Shown here piece after piece: positions 7,793-17,734 of a stretch of 32,240 nucleotides of DNA. The translations under genes were made by a program, and so were the position numbers. Where the stretch lies: the NCBI GenBank assembly GCA_043815885.1, contig JBDRIL010000037.1, positions 1-32,240 on the forward strand, in the 5' to 3' direction. Below the pieces are notes generated by a model. It was not told the origin of the DNA and made no database searches. It saw only the letters and a program-made list of their open reading frames with translations. Source of the stretch: an archaeon. GTDB taxonomy: Archaea; Iainarchaeota; Iainarchaeia; Iainarchaeales; 1-14-0-10-31-34. Positions within the stretch are counted from its first letter, which is position 1. The number at the start of each line of letters is the position of its first letter.

Positions 7793-9703
7793 ATGGAAAT
7801 AAAGGAAAAAGTAATTGAAAGAGTTAGGAATGTAGATAGAAGACAGTTATTTATAGTAGTGCTGATTTTCTTGCTGGCTTTTGGAGTGAGAGGAGCATTA
7901 ATGAAGCATGAGCTCTTCTTTGAGTTTGACACCTACTGGCATGCAAGGGTTGTATCCTATATTTTGCAGGGGGGAGGAGTTCCTGACAGAGACCCAATGG
8001 CTTACTATCAATTGGGGGGGAGTGAGATTGGATGGAAAATGGCTCCAGTGTGGTGGTATAGTTCGGCATTATTTTACAAGATATTTACCTTGAATGCTCC
8101 ATATGATAAGGAGTTATGGATTTTTTTCGTGAAATTGATTCCTGCGTTCTGGGGGGCATGCATTGCCGTGGCAATGTTTTTCTTGTTCAAGGAAATGTAT
8201 GGAAGAAAGGCAGGCTATGTAGCGGGATTTTTTGCAGCAGTAGTGCCGGCATTTGTTTACAGGACAATGGCAGGACAGTTTGAAGATGACGCTCTAGGAT
8301 TTCTTTGGTTTGTAATAGGATTTTATTTCTTCTTTAAGGCAGTAAAGGAAATGGAATTCAATAAAGAATCAATAAAGAATGCAGTTATTTCAGCAATCTT
8401 TTTTGGATTAATGGCGTGGACTTGGGAAATGTTCCTACTGATTCCATTAGTGTTAGTGAGTTACTTTGTGGTTACCTTTATCTTAATGTGGTTCAAGAGA
8501 GTTGAGACAGCAAAGCTACTGAATTTTGCAAAGATATTTGTAATAGTGTTTGTTATTTTTGGTGTTCTGGCCACTTTAAAGGATGACGGGCGGTGGGTCA
8601 ATACAAGCATTGGTTATGCTACTAAATTTATCCCAATGCCTGGAAAAGATATTAGTATTGGGGAAGCAGGGATTTTTGGACAGACTGTAGGGGAAGAAAA
8701 TGTGGGTTATCCTTATTGGGGAACAAAATATAATGCACTAATAATTTTTCCATTGCTTGCATTATTCCTGGTTCCTTACAGGGTACTAAGAAAAAAACAG
8801 GACCATCTAAGCCTTTTTGTATTCTTTTGGGTAATAATTACTTTGGTAATGGCTTACACTAAACTTAAGTTTACCTATACCTTTGGATTGCCTCATGCTG
8901 CCGCGGCAGGATTTATAGCAGTAGAGGCATTTGAATTCATGCAGAAAAGGACTCATTCAGAGAAAATGATTATTGGAATCGCTTTTGGTTTTATGTTACT
9001 GGTGGGAGTGGCTTCTGCAACCTTTTTCATGACCCAAAACACTCCAAACATTGAATACGATCATACCTGGAAGGATGGACTAAAATGGCTGAGTGAGAAT
9101 ACACCGGAAGGAAGCAAGATATTTAATTGGTGGGACGAAGGCCACTGGATTACCTTTATTGGAGAGAGAAAGGTGATTGAGGACAACAGGAACATTGACT
9201 TGAATGCAGACATCGATACAGCGAGATTTGTGTTGGAGGAAGATGAAGAGGAAGCATTCAAAATAGTCCAGAAATATGATTCTGACTATATACTGCTTGG
9301 TACTGACACATTAGAGAAAGGCGGAAGCATGGCCATATATGCCTATCAAATACTTGATACAAGCGATCCAAGGTTACAGAAATACTTTGGAACACAGCTT
9401 AGATGCAGTAAACAATTGGAAGGATTAACTGGAAAACTCTTCTACCAGTGCGGAGCAAATAATTTTAATGAAGAACAAATGAATGCCATTCCAACTACTT
9501 ACTCCACTACCCCAAACATTCCTTACAGTGATAGAGTATGGTTGTTTGGTTACAGGGAAAAAGATAACTCAGCGATTTATTTCTTGAATGCTGCAACAAA
9601 CAAAACCATTCTTGCAAGAATGTGGTTTGATGACCCAGAGATTAAACACTTCAAGGAAGTCTATGGCAATGTCGGGGTAAAAATCTTTAAAGTAATAAAA
9701 TGA
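7793..9703 (+). CDS. aglB: Oligosaccharyltransferase AglB/STT3
   Basis: EFDTYWHAR, RTMAGQFEDD, TVGEE, multiple TM helices, then WLSENTPEGSKIFNWWDEGHWI and DNRN. Confidence 0.93.
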   Translation: MEIKEKVIERVRNVDRRQLFIVVLIFLLAFGVRGALMKHELFFEFDTYWHARVVSYILQGGGVPDRDPMAYYQLGGSEIGWKMAPVWWYSSALFYKIFTLNAPYDKELWIFFVKLIPAFWGACIAVAMFFLFKEMYGRKAGYVAGFFAAVVPAFVYRTMAGQFEDDALGFLWFVIGFYFFFKAVKEMEFNKESIKNAVISAIFFGLMAWTWEMFLLIPLVLVSYFVVTFILMWFKRVETAKLLNFAKIFVIVFVIFGVLATLKDDGRWVNTSIGYATKFIPMPGKDISIGEAGIFGQTVGEENVGYPYWGTKYNALIIFPLLALFLVPYRVLRKKQDHLSLFVFFWVIITLVMAYTKLKFTYTFGLPHAAAAGFIAVEAFEFMQKRTHSEKMIIGIAFGFMLLVGVASATFFMTQNTPNIEYDHTWKDGLKWLSENTPEGSKIFNWWDEGHWITFIGERKVIEDNRNIDLNADIDTARFVLEEDEEEAFKIVQKYDSDYILLGTDTLEKGGSMAIYAYQILDTSDPRLQKYFGTQLRCSKQLEGLTGKLFYQCGANNFNEEQMNAIPTTYSTTPNIPYSDRVWLFGYREKDNSAIYFLNAATNKTILARMWFDDPEIKHFKEVYGNVGVKIFKVIK

Positions 9704-9747
9704 TTTTTTTAGAGTTTTCTTTATTTTGACTAAAAAGGGAATAAGAA

Positions 9748-10782
9748 ATGATTGAACTTATTTTGCTTTCTTTAATAATCTTGTTTTTTTCTTTTCTTAC
9801 AACTTTTCTGGTTACGCCATTCATTACCAAGAGAATTTATAGAAGGGGTTTGGTTGGAAGGGATATGAACAAGTATGATAAAAGAAAAGTTGCAGAAATG
9901 GGGGGCATTGGAGTAATTTTTGGTTTTTCATTTGGGATAATTGCATCAATTTTCCTGCAAACCTACTTTAATTTATTTGAATTGAATCTAACAGTATTGT
10001 TCGCTGCTTTCTCTACAATAATATTGATTGGTTTTTTGGGGATAGTTGACGATCTGATTGGATGGAAGAAAGGAATAAGGCAGTGGCAGCATGCGCTATT
10101 CCCTATATTTGCCTCTCTTCCATTAATGGCTGTAAATGTTGAATACTTTGAATTTAATCTGCCTTTAATTGGGGTAATTCCTCCGGAAATAATTCTTCCA
10201 TTTATTGGAGCTGTCTCATTTTCATTGATTTACTCTATTCTTTTAGTGCCCATAGGAATTACTGGTGCAAGCAATGGATTCAATATGCTTGCAGGATTCA
10301 ATGGATTGGAAGCTGGGTTAGGAATACTTACACTTGGAACAATTCTGTTAATTACTTTTTTTACTGGAAACATAGAGGCAATGATTTTAATGGCTGCAAT
10401 GGTTGGAGCCCTACTTGCATTCCTAAAGTTTAACTGGTTTCCTGCAAGAATCTTTCCAGGAGATGCCCTCACTTTAATGACTGGAGCTGCATTAGCTGCA
10501 GCAGTAATAATAGGAAATATGGAAAAGATTGGAGTAATGTTAATGGCATTGTTTTTCATTGAATTAATCTTTAAGGCAAGGCACAGATTTCAGTCAGAAT
10601 GTTATGGCATCCCGCAAAAAGATGGTACTCTCAAAGCTAATCCAAGAGGAGGTTCACTAACGCAATGGGTTATGAGAAGGGGTTCTTTCACTGAAGCAGG
10701 GATTACTTCAATTATTCTTGCAATGCAGTTTATTGTTTGTTTAATTGTGTTTCTTTTATTCTGGTTCAAGGCAGTTATTTAG
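9748..10782 (+). CDS. Polyprenyl-phosphate HexNAc-1-P transferase (Alg7/DPAGT1/AglH-like, MraY superfamily)
   Basis: GRDMNK, VAEMGG, GIVDD, NGFNMLAGFNGLEAG, FNWFPARIFPGD. Confidence 0.92.
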   Translation: MIELILLSLIILFFSFLTTFLVTPFITKRIYRRGLVGRDMNKYDKRKVAEMGGIGVIFGFSFGIIASIFLQTYFNLFELNLTVLFAAFSTIILIGFLGIVDDLIGWKKGIRQWQHALFPIFASLPLMAVNVEYFEFNLPLIGVIPPEIILPFIGAVSFSLIYSILLVPIGITGASNGFNMLAGFNGLEAGLGILTLGTILLITFFTGNIEAMILMAAMVGALLAFLKFNWFPARIFPGDALTLMTGAALAAAVIIGNMEKIGVMLMALFFIELIFKARHRFQSECYGIPQKDGTLKANPRGGSLTQWVMRRGSFTEAGITSIILAMQFIVCLIVFLLFWFKAVI

Positions 10783-10800
10783 TTTTTAAAGGAGAGAAAA

Positions 10801-11253
10801 ATGAAGTTATGCTTGGCTTGTTCTGCTGGAGGACATTTAAGTGAGATGAGCCAATTAAGAGAAATATACCTCAAACACAATCACTTCTTTATTACATTCA
10901 AGAGAAATGATTCAATTGAATTAATGAGAAAGGAAAATGTTTTTTTTGTAATTGACCCTAAAAGAAATCCCTTACTGTTTTTAATTAATTTCTTTCAAAC
11001 ACTAAGAATTTTTTTAAGAGAAAAACCTGACGCGATTATTTCAACTGGAGCAGGAGTGGCAATAGCTGTCTGCCTGATTGGAAAAATTTTCGGAAAAAGA
11101 GTTGCCTTTATTGAAAGTTACTGCAGAATCAAAGAACCCTCCCTTTCCGGAAAAATAATTTATAGGTTAAAGGGAGCTGATCTGTTTCTGGTTCAATGGA
11201 AAGAAAACCTTAAATTTTTTCCAAAAGCAAAGTATTATGGTGGAGTGTTTTGA
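10801..11253 (+). CDS. Alg14/PssD/Cps14F-like acceptor-binding subunit of a split GT-B glycosyltransferase
   Basis: CSAGGHL, EKPDAIISTGAGVA, FIESYCR, FLVQW, KAKYYGGVF. Confidence 0.92.
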   Translation: MKLCLACSAGGHLSEMSQLREIYLKHNHFFITFKRNDSIELMRKENVFFVIDPKRNPLLFLINFFQTLRIFLREKPDAIISTGAGVAIAVCLIGKIFGKRVAFIESYCRIKEPSLSGKIIYRLKGADLFLVQWKENLKFFPKAKYYGGVF

Positions 11254-11727
11254 TTTTCGTTACAGTTGGAACTCACAGGCAGCAGTTTAATAGACTAATA
11301 CAGAAAATTGATGAATTGGTTAGGGAAGGGAAGATAAAGGAAGAAGTATTCATCCAGAAAGGAAATTCAACTTATATTCCAGAACACTGCATCCATAAAA
11401 GTTTTCTTGAACCAAAGGAATTCCAAAAAAAAAATAAAGGAATCTTCAATCATTGTAACACATGGAGGAGCAGGAGCAATTATCAGTTCCTTAAAAGAAG
11501 GAAAGGCAGTGATTGTTGTGCCAAGACTGGAGAAGTATGGCGAACATACAAATGACCATCAAATCGATTTGGTTAGGGTACTAGAGAAAAAAGGAAAAGT
11601 GATTGGATGCTTTGAATTGAATGATTTAGGGGAAAAAATAAATATTGCAAAGAAGTTCAAACCAAAAAAACAGGAAAAAACAAGGATAATAACTGCATTA
11701 AATGAATTTTTGAGGGAAGGAAATTGA
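11250..11727 (+). pseudogene. Alg13/PssE/Cps14G-like catalytic subunit, split by a one-base frameshift at an A10 tract (11425-11434)
   Basis: The N-half (MIFVTVGTHRQQFNRL, IQKG) and C-half (IIVTHGGAGAI, VVPRL..YGEHTNDHQ) are in different frames. Removing one A gives a continuous 158-aa protein. TTGA overlaps couple it to both neighbours. Confidence 0.85.
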
Positions 11728-13490
11728 ATAAGATAAAGGAAAAAACCGTTACACTGCTGATTGCTGTTCTTTATATTTTATTGTTCCTTATCTTTTCTTC
11801 AAGCTACTTCCATGATGACCTTGCATTTGATTTTGCTGGTTATGCAATACGTTATCAAAATGCTTTCACTGGATGGTTTGAAAATATTTATCTTGGTTTG
11901 CCTGCTTCAACCTATGACCCCTTTCTCCCAGCATTATTGCCAAAGACCTTTGCTTTCCTTGGTTTTGGTTCATTCACTCTTCCCCTAACCCTTTCAATCT
12001 TTTCATTCTTTATTTTAGTGCCTCTCTGTTTTGTTTTAGTTGGGAAAGAATTCAACTTCAGCAGAGAGAATTCACTTCTCTTTGGATTGATTTTTGTATT
12101 GAATCCAATTACCTTTAAGTTCTTGAACCGTTACTATGAATTGGCTGCATGGTTTTTCTTTTTACTGGCTTTTGTGTTTTTCTATAAATTCATTAAAGAA
12201 AAGAATTTCCCAAAAAAATATCTCGTATTTTCAGTTCTCTTTGCATGCCTGACTGCATTGTCTCATTTAGCTCCGTTCTTCTTTTTGTGTCTTGGAACAG
12301 TTTTCTTGATAAAAAACAGGTTAGAGTTAAAGAAGATTATTTTCTTCTTTGCTTCCGTGTTTTCCTTGATGGCATTCTGGTTTATTCCCTATTTCTACTA
12401 CTTACCTCTGTCATCCTCAAGTGTTCTCCAAGGAACGTCTCTAATAACTAGAGGAATCCTGTTCTCCACTTATTTTCTTGTAATAGTTTTATTGCTGCTG
12501 TTCTTTTTGTTTTATAGTCTTAGAAAAAAATACGCTTCCAATTATAGATTAATTCTCTTTTCTTTTTTGCTTTCACTATTACTCGTTTGCTTTCCCTCCC
12601 TTCCAATCCTTTCCGCTCCATTTTATCATTCTTATCATGTCTTCTTTATTTTTGTCATTCTTTTTTCTTTAATGCCTTTATTGAAGGAGAAACCTCTTTC
12701 AAAAAAGCACTTAATTGTGATTGCATTGGTTATTTTGGTTTGTGGTTTTGTTGCTTTTGAAGAAATTCAAAGGCAGTACTTTTTCAAAGAGCCAAGGTTT
12801 TCTGACAGCCCATACGGTTTCGGGGCTTTTGGTTTCAGTGATTTTTCAGAGATTGATTTACTTTTAAAAGAAATCCCTGCAAACAACAGGTTTGAGGTTA
12901 TTCCTTACGATCCATTGATTTCAGCTCATGCAACCGCAAAGTATGATTTGAGTTCCTTGAATGGATGGGGCTACAATCCTTACGCATTAAAGAAAAGCAA
13001 GAAAATTGCTGAAGAAATGATTTCAATGCAATTAAACTGCAGCGAGTTCTCTAAGGGGATTGAAGAAACGTTTACCATTTACTGGATTTCAATGGATTCA
13101 ACTGGATTCAATTATTTAAGTGAATGTGGATTAAGTGAAACAGCTGGAAAGGAACCAATAACTCTATTCAAATATGATAAAGAAGTTTCTTTCATAGAAA
13201 ACGGGGAATTAATTGATAGAAGCAATAATTACATTAAATTTGAGACAGGAGAGGGTTCGGTAAAGGTAAAAGAATCATATTTCCCGAGATGGAATGCTTA
13301 CTCTGGAGAAGAAGAGTTAAATGTTTTAGAAAAGGATGGAATAATGGAATTAAGAGTGAATGAACCAAAAATAATTGAATTAAAGTATGAATCAACAGAA
13401 ATCGATTATCTTGGAGTCGTAATCTCTTTTATTGCCTTAATTTCTTTAGCAATAGTTTTAAGTAAAAAGAATATGCCTCCACATTTTTAG
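11724..13490 (+). CDS. Multi-pass membrane protein, putative GT-C fold glycosyltransferase (YfhO-like C-terminus)
   Basis: More than 10 hydrophobic segments, an acidic first loop (HDDLAFDF), LSH, C-terminal VKESYFPRWNAY and a final TM helix. Confidence 0.6.
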   Translation: MNKIKEKTVTLLIAVLYILLFLIFSSSYFHDDLAFDFAGYAIRYQNAFTGWFENIYLGLPASTYDPFLPALLPKTFAFLGFGSFTLPLTLSIFSFFILVPLCFVLVGKEFNFSRENSLLFGLIFVLNPITFKFLNRYYELAAWFFFLLAFVFFYKFIKEKNFPKKYLVFSVLFACLTALSHLAPFFFLCLGTVFLIKNRLELKKIIFFFASVFSLMAFWFIPYFYYLPLSSSSVLQGTSLITRGILFSTYFLVIVLLLLFFLFYSLRKKYASNYRLILFSFLLSLLLVCFPSLPILSAPFYHSYHVFFIFVILFSLMPLLKEKPLSKKHLIVIALVILVCGFVAFEEIQRQYFFKEPRFSDSPYGFGAFGFSDFSEIDLLLKEIPANNRFEVIPYDPLISAHATAKYDLSSLNGWGYNPYALKKSKKIAEEMISMQLNCSEFSKGIEETFTIYWISMDSTGFNYLSECGLSETAGKEPITLFKYDKEVSFIENGELIDRSNNYIKFETGEGSVKVKESYFPRWNAYSGEEELNVLEKDGIMELRVNEPKIIELKYESTEIDYLGVVISFIALISLAIVLSKKNMPPHF

Positions 13491-14378
13491 ACCTGTCACC
13501 ATTCCTTTAGAGAAACTGCTTCCAACTCCTTTACTTATGCCAACCCTTTTTCTGAAGGTGATGGGGATTTCTATTACCTTTAAATCGTTCTTTAAGGAAA
13601 CCAGAATAAGGTCAACCAAAAAATGGTTTCCTGTAACACTTAATTGGTTAATTATCTTATCTAATGCTTCTGGTCGGACTACTCTGTAAGCACATCCAAC
13701 GTCTGTAAGCCTGCATTGGTCCCAGTAACGTAATTGAATTAGTTTTGCAATGAAAAGATTGCCGTACCTCATAAACCAATTCACCTGAGAATCACTTGAA
13801 ACAATTTCTGCAGTGGTTCTTGTCCCCACTACCATGTCAACGTTTTCAATGTAAGAAGTTAATTTCTTTAAATCAGAGGCTGAAAAAGTACAGTCTCCCT
13901 CAACAAGACATACAAGGTTGCCGTGTTTCCTTGCTTCTTTTAAAGCTCTAATGCATGCTGAACCAAACCCCTGCACTTTCTCTTCAACTACTCTTGCTCC
14001 CTTCCTTCTTGCTTCTAACGCAGTATTGTCAGTGCAATTGTTATCAATTACCGTTACCTGCACTACATCAGCTGCCTTTTTGAAATCCCTTACTGCCTTT
14101 CCAATGGGTTCCTCATCATTATAGGCAGTCATCCCAACACTTATCTTCATGTCTTTTATTGGTTCATAGCGAAGTTTTCTCTTTTTGGCAAAAAATACAG
14201 TTGGTATAGCCAGATCAATTAAAAACGCGGTGAATGCAATTAAGAAAAGCATATTGGAAAGAAAAAAAAGAAGGCTAGTCAAAGTTACTTCATAAAAAAA
14301 ATATGAGAGCACTGTAACCAAATAAAAAAATAATGCTAATAGAAAGATATGAAATCCGTACAATACTGCCCTGCCCAC
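13458..14378 (-). CDS. GT2 polyprenol-phosphate glycosyltransferase (DPM1/GtrB-like) with N-terminal TM helices
   Basis: TAYNDE, IDNNCTD, QGFGSA, MVVGTR, LTDVGCAYR, EIPITFRKRVG.SK. Confidence 0.85.
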   Translation of the reverse strand: MGRAVLYGFHIFLLALFFYLVTVLSYFFYEVTLTSLLFFLSNMLFLIAFTAFLIDLAIPTVFFAKKRKLRYEPIKDMKISVGMTAYNDEEPIGKAVRDFKKAADVVQVTVIDNNCTDNTALEARRKGARVVEEKVQGFGSACIRALKEARKHGNLVCLVEGDCTFSASDLKKLTSYIENVDMVVGTRTTAEIVSSDSQVNWFMRYGNLFIAKLIQLRYWDQCRLTDVGCAYRVVRPEALDKIINQLSVTGNHFLVDLILVSLKNDLKVIEIPITFRKRVGISKGVGSSFSKGMVTGLKMWRHILFT

Positions 14379-15314
14379 TTAGCCCACATCTCCTGACAAG
14401 TTGTTTTCATCTTCCATTACAAAAGGAGGAGTAAACTTTGGTTCTTTAAACGGAATATAAATTCTTTTTTTTCTCCGCTCTCTTAAAATTATTCTCCAGT
14501 CTTTTAAGTTATTCCAATAGGATTTCAATAATAACATAAATCTCTTCTCTTTAATGCTGTTAACAGCTATTAACCCCAAACCAGGCACGAATTTGATTAA
14601 TTCACCCAAAGACAGATTAAATAACATGCTTCTAAGCCTGTGCGTGTTGAGTAAAACAAATTGTTTTTGATTGCCTAATCCCTTGCTTGCGTCTTTTGAG
14701 GAAAAATGTATTACAATACATTTAGAGCATTCCATTATCCTGTAACCAAGTTTTCTGGCCCTAAAATTCCAGTCTGCTTCTTCGCCATAAACTGGAGAAA
14801 AGTATTCTGTATCAAGATAGCCCACTTCTTGCAACATCTTGCGTTTCATTACCCAGCCAACAGGAAGAGTCATTTTTTCTCTGTTAGGGGAATTCCTTAT
14901 TTTTTCAATTAATTCCTTGTCTTCAAATTGTTGTGGAGAAACTTCCTTTACTCCAACGATGCCTATCTTTTCATCTGACTCCAAAAGGTTGATTGCCTCA
15001 TTAAGCCAATCCTTTGTAACCAAAGCATCGTTATTCATTGGAACCAAATAATTTCCTCTCGAGACTCTATATCCTTGATTTAATCCATAAGGAAAGCCTT
15101 TATTGACTTTGTTTTTTATAAAGATTAAATCCGGGAATTGTTTTTCCAGTCTTTCACATGAACCATCTTTGCTTCCATTGTCAACTAATATAATTTCATA
15201 ATTTATGTCTGGAGTATTTTTTTTTATTGAATTAATGCAGTTTTTTGTGTAACCATAGCTGTTCCAATTCAATATTATTATGGAGGCATCAGGTTTACTC
15301 TTTGTTCTTTTCAT
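14379..15314 (-). CDS. GT2 glycosyltransferase (rhamnosyltransferase-like group)
   Basis: IIILNWN, VDNGSKDGS, NKGF..GLNQG, NNDA, YGEEADWNFR. The ATG at 15314 follows an SD-like GGTGGT. Confidence 0.88.
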   Translation of the reverse strand: MKRTKSKPDASIIILNWNSYGYTKNCINSIKKNTPDINYEIILVDNGSKDGSCERLEKQFPDLIFIKNKVNKGFPYGLNQGYRVSRGNYLVPMNNDALVTKDWLNEAINLLESDEKIGIVGVKEVSPQQFEDKELIEKIRNSPNREKMTLPVGWVMKRKMLQEVGYLDTEYFSPVYGEEADWNFRARKLGYRIMECSKCIVIHFSSKDASKGLGNQKQFVLLNTHRLRSMLFNLSLGELIKFVPGLGLIAVNSIKEKRFMLLLKSYWNNLKDWRIILRERRKKRIYIPFKEPKFTPPFVMEDENNLSGDVG

Positions 15315-16710
15315 TTTTTGACCACCTGAAAACATTGGTAGATCCAACGGATTCCTTGTTTTTTTCGTTTAGCCTTGCAATCTCTTTTGTCATTATATCA
15401 ACGACTTCTTGGAATTCCTGTTCCGTCATTTTAAAAGAAAAATGATTGAAAGGACTCTCAGGTTCAAACATATAAAAGTCTTCTTCTTTTATACTGTAAA
15501 GAGAATAAAACTTGGTTCCTGGAAACGGCGTGAAGATATGCATTGAGGTGTGGCTTGGATTCAATTCCTTCATAAACTCCAGTGTCTCAAGAATATTCTC
15601 TTTTGTTTCCATTGGCAATCCAATCATTATAAATCCCTTCCAAGGCAAACCAACTTTTTTAAAGATTTTTGAAGCCTGCCTCATTTCTTCTTTGGTTACT
15701 CCCTTGTTGCACTGTCTAAGTACTTCATTGTTACCACTCTCAATTCCAATTCCAACACTTGCACACCCTGCTTCTTTTATTCGTCTGCATATTTCTTCAT
15801 CAATATTTGTTGCCCTCTCTTGACATTCCCAGGTAATATCCAGATTTTCTCTTTTGATTGCTCCACAAAACTCCTCAACCCTTTTTCTTGGCACCAAAAA
15901 ATTGTCGTCTTCAATATATATGTGTGTAGTGCCAAATTTTTCTTTGACGTGTTTTATTTCTTCTATCACATTTCCAACCGACCTATATCTTACGGTGCCA
16001 TTCCAAACCACTCTTGAAGCACAGTAGAAACAGTTGTAAGGACAGCCCCTTACTGTCATCATTAAACCGAAATCCCTTGGAGTATATTTTTCTTTGTTTA
16101 TTATTAATTCTCTGAAAGTGAAAGGCAGTTCATCCAAGTCTTCTATAAACCTTCTTTTATTGTTTGCAATTATTTTTCCATCATCCTTCCAATAAAGACC
16201 ATCCACGTTCTGAAAGTCTTTTTTTCCGTTCTCAATTTTTCCAGCAAGTTCAGCAAAAGTTATTTCACCTTCGCCTTTTACTACAAAGTCTATTTCAGGG
16301 TGATTGATTACATCAAAAGGCAAAGCCGTAGCATGAGGCCCTCCGATCGCTATTCTTATTTCAGGGTTTATTTCCTTTGCAATCCTTGCGGTAAGATATG
16401 CTGACTGATTTTTGGATGAAATCGCGCTAATCCCAATCAAATCTGGTTTGTATTTTTTTATTACCTCACGCATTTCTTTCCATACTTCATGCTGGGGATC
16501 TTTTATTCCTTTAATGTATTCTGGATAATTTTTTATTTGCTCTCTTCTATTCATTGAGACCGCTTCTGGATCAAAGTCTGCATCATAAACCCTCGCTCTA
16601 TGCCCTGCCTTGTCTAAATAGCCTGCAATGTATGCAATCGATAAGGGATAATAAAATCTCCTGTATCCCATGAATCTATGCATCGGTGGGTCAAGTAACA
16701 ATACATTCAT
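15295..16710 (-). CDS. B12-binding-domain radical SAM protein
   Basis: YPLSIAYIAGYL, GGPHAT, KGEGE, RGCPYNCFYC, EDDNF, GIESG. Confidence 0.93.
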   Translation of the reverse strand: MNVLLLDPPMHRFMGYRRFYYPLSIAYIAGYLDKAGHRARVYDADFDPEAVSMNRREQIKNYPEYIKGIKDPQHEVWKEMREVIKKYKPDLIGISAISSKNQSAYLTARIAKEINPEIRIAIGGPHATALPFDVINHPEIDFVVKGEGEITFAELAGKIENGKKDFQNVDGLYWKDDGKIIANNKRRFIEDLDELPFTFRELIINKEKYTPRDFGLMMTVRGCPYNCFYCASRVVWNGTVRYRSVGNVIEEIKHVKEKFGTTHIYIEDDNFLVPRKRVEEFCGAIKRENLDITWECQERATNIDEEICRRIKEAGCASVGIGIESGNNEVLRQCNKGVTKEEMRQASKIFKKVGLPWKGFIMIGLPMETKENILETLEFMKELNPSHTSMHIFTPFPGTKFYSLYSIKEEDFYMFEPESPFNHFSFKMTEQEFQEVVDIMTKEIARLNEKNKESVGSTNVFRWSKNEKNKE

Positions 16711-16719
16711 TTTTTTGCC

Positions 16720-17685
16720 TCAAAAAATTGAACTCCTCACCGGACAATTCCTGCAGATGTTCGGAAGATTCTTTGACTTAAGCTTTTCCCTGAAGCCTTT
16801 GTAGTTTTCCGAATTCCATATTTCTTTTATTCCCTGTTTTTTTGCATTACCCATGACACATTCTTCAATTATCCTTTTTGAATCTCTCTGCATTACAAAA
16901 CAACATGGAAGAACCTTTCCCTCAGCATTAATGTAAAGAGAATTCCAAGGCAGGTAACATGCCCCCATATCCTTTCTCTCTGAAGGGAAACCTATTATCT
17001 GTATTCCCTCTTCTTCTGCTTTAGTCAATATTTCTTGTTTCTTTTCCTCAAACAAATCCTTATCTTTTACGGCAAAAGACTCGTTTCCTTTAAACTCTAT
17101 CATTCCAACAAACAGTATTTTTTTTATTCCAAGTTCTTTTGCAAGCAAAACAAATTCTTTCAGTTCAGAAAGATTCTCTTCCATTACCACTACAACAAAA
17201 AACAATTCAGGCACATTCTTCTTTAATTCCTTTTTTATTTCTTGAAAGTTTTTTATATTCTCTTTTACAACGTTAAATTTGGCTCCCCGTCTTATTGCCT
17301 CATACGTTTCTCTTCTTGCTCCATCCATGGATACTGCTATGGCATCTGTCCCTAACTGGATTAATTTTTTTGCCTTATCTTTTGTCATTAAAGTAAAATT
17401 ACTGTTAAACCATACATAAATATTTTTTCTTTTAGCATATTCAATCATATTAAAAAAATCTTTGTTCAGTAGGCTTTCTCCTATTCCTGTAAAGTTGATT
17501 AATTGAAAGAATTCATTTGAATCAATGATTTTTCTGAATTCCTGGAAATTCAAATCGAAAGGATTTTCTTTTGTGTGTGAGTGCTCACACATAACGCAAT
17601 CAAGATTGCACGCAGTGGTTATTTCTATTTGGAGAGACAATGGATAATGGGAAAGCGCCAAAGGCATATTTTTTTGGTCCATCAC
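16720..17685 (-). CDS. Radical SAM protein with SPASM/Twitch domain
   Basis: CNLDCVMC, GIGE, VSMDGA..ETY..IRRG; C-terminal CYLPW...G.V.PCC...GN...CRNC. Confidence 0.92.
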   Translation of the reverse strand: MMDQKNMPLALSHYPLSLQIEITTACNLDCVMCEHSHTKENPFDLNFQEFRKIIDSNEFFQLINFTGIGESLLNKDFFNMIEYAKRKNIYVWFNSNFTLMTKDKAKKLIQLGTDAIAVSMDGARRETYEAIRRGAKFNVVKENIKNFQEIKKELKKNVPELFFVVVVMEENLSELKEFVLLAKELGIKKILFVGMIEFKGNESFAVKDKDLFEEKKQEILTKAEEEGIQIIGFPSERKDMGACYLPWNSLYINAEGKVLPCCFVMQRDSKRIIEECVMGNAKKQGIKEIWNSENYKGFREKLKSKNLPNICRNCPVRSSIF

Positions 17686-17734
17686 CCGGTAATAAAGATT
17701 TAATGCTCCCTTTATTCCTTTATTTTTTATTGCC

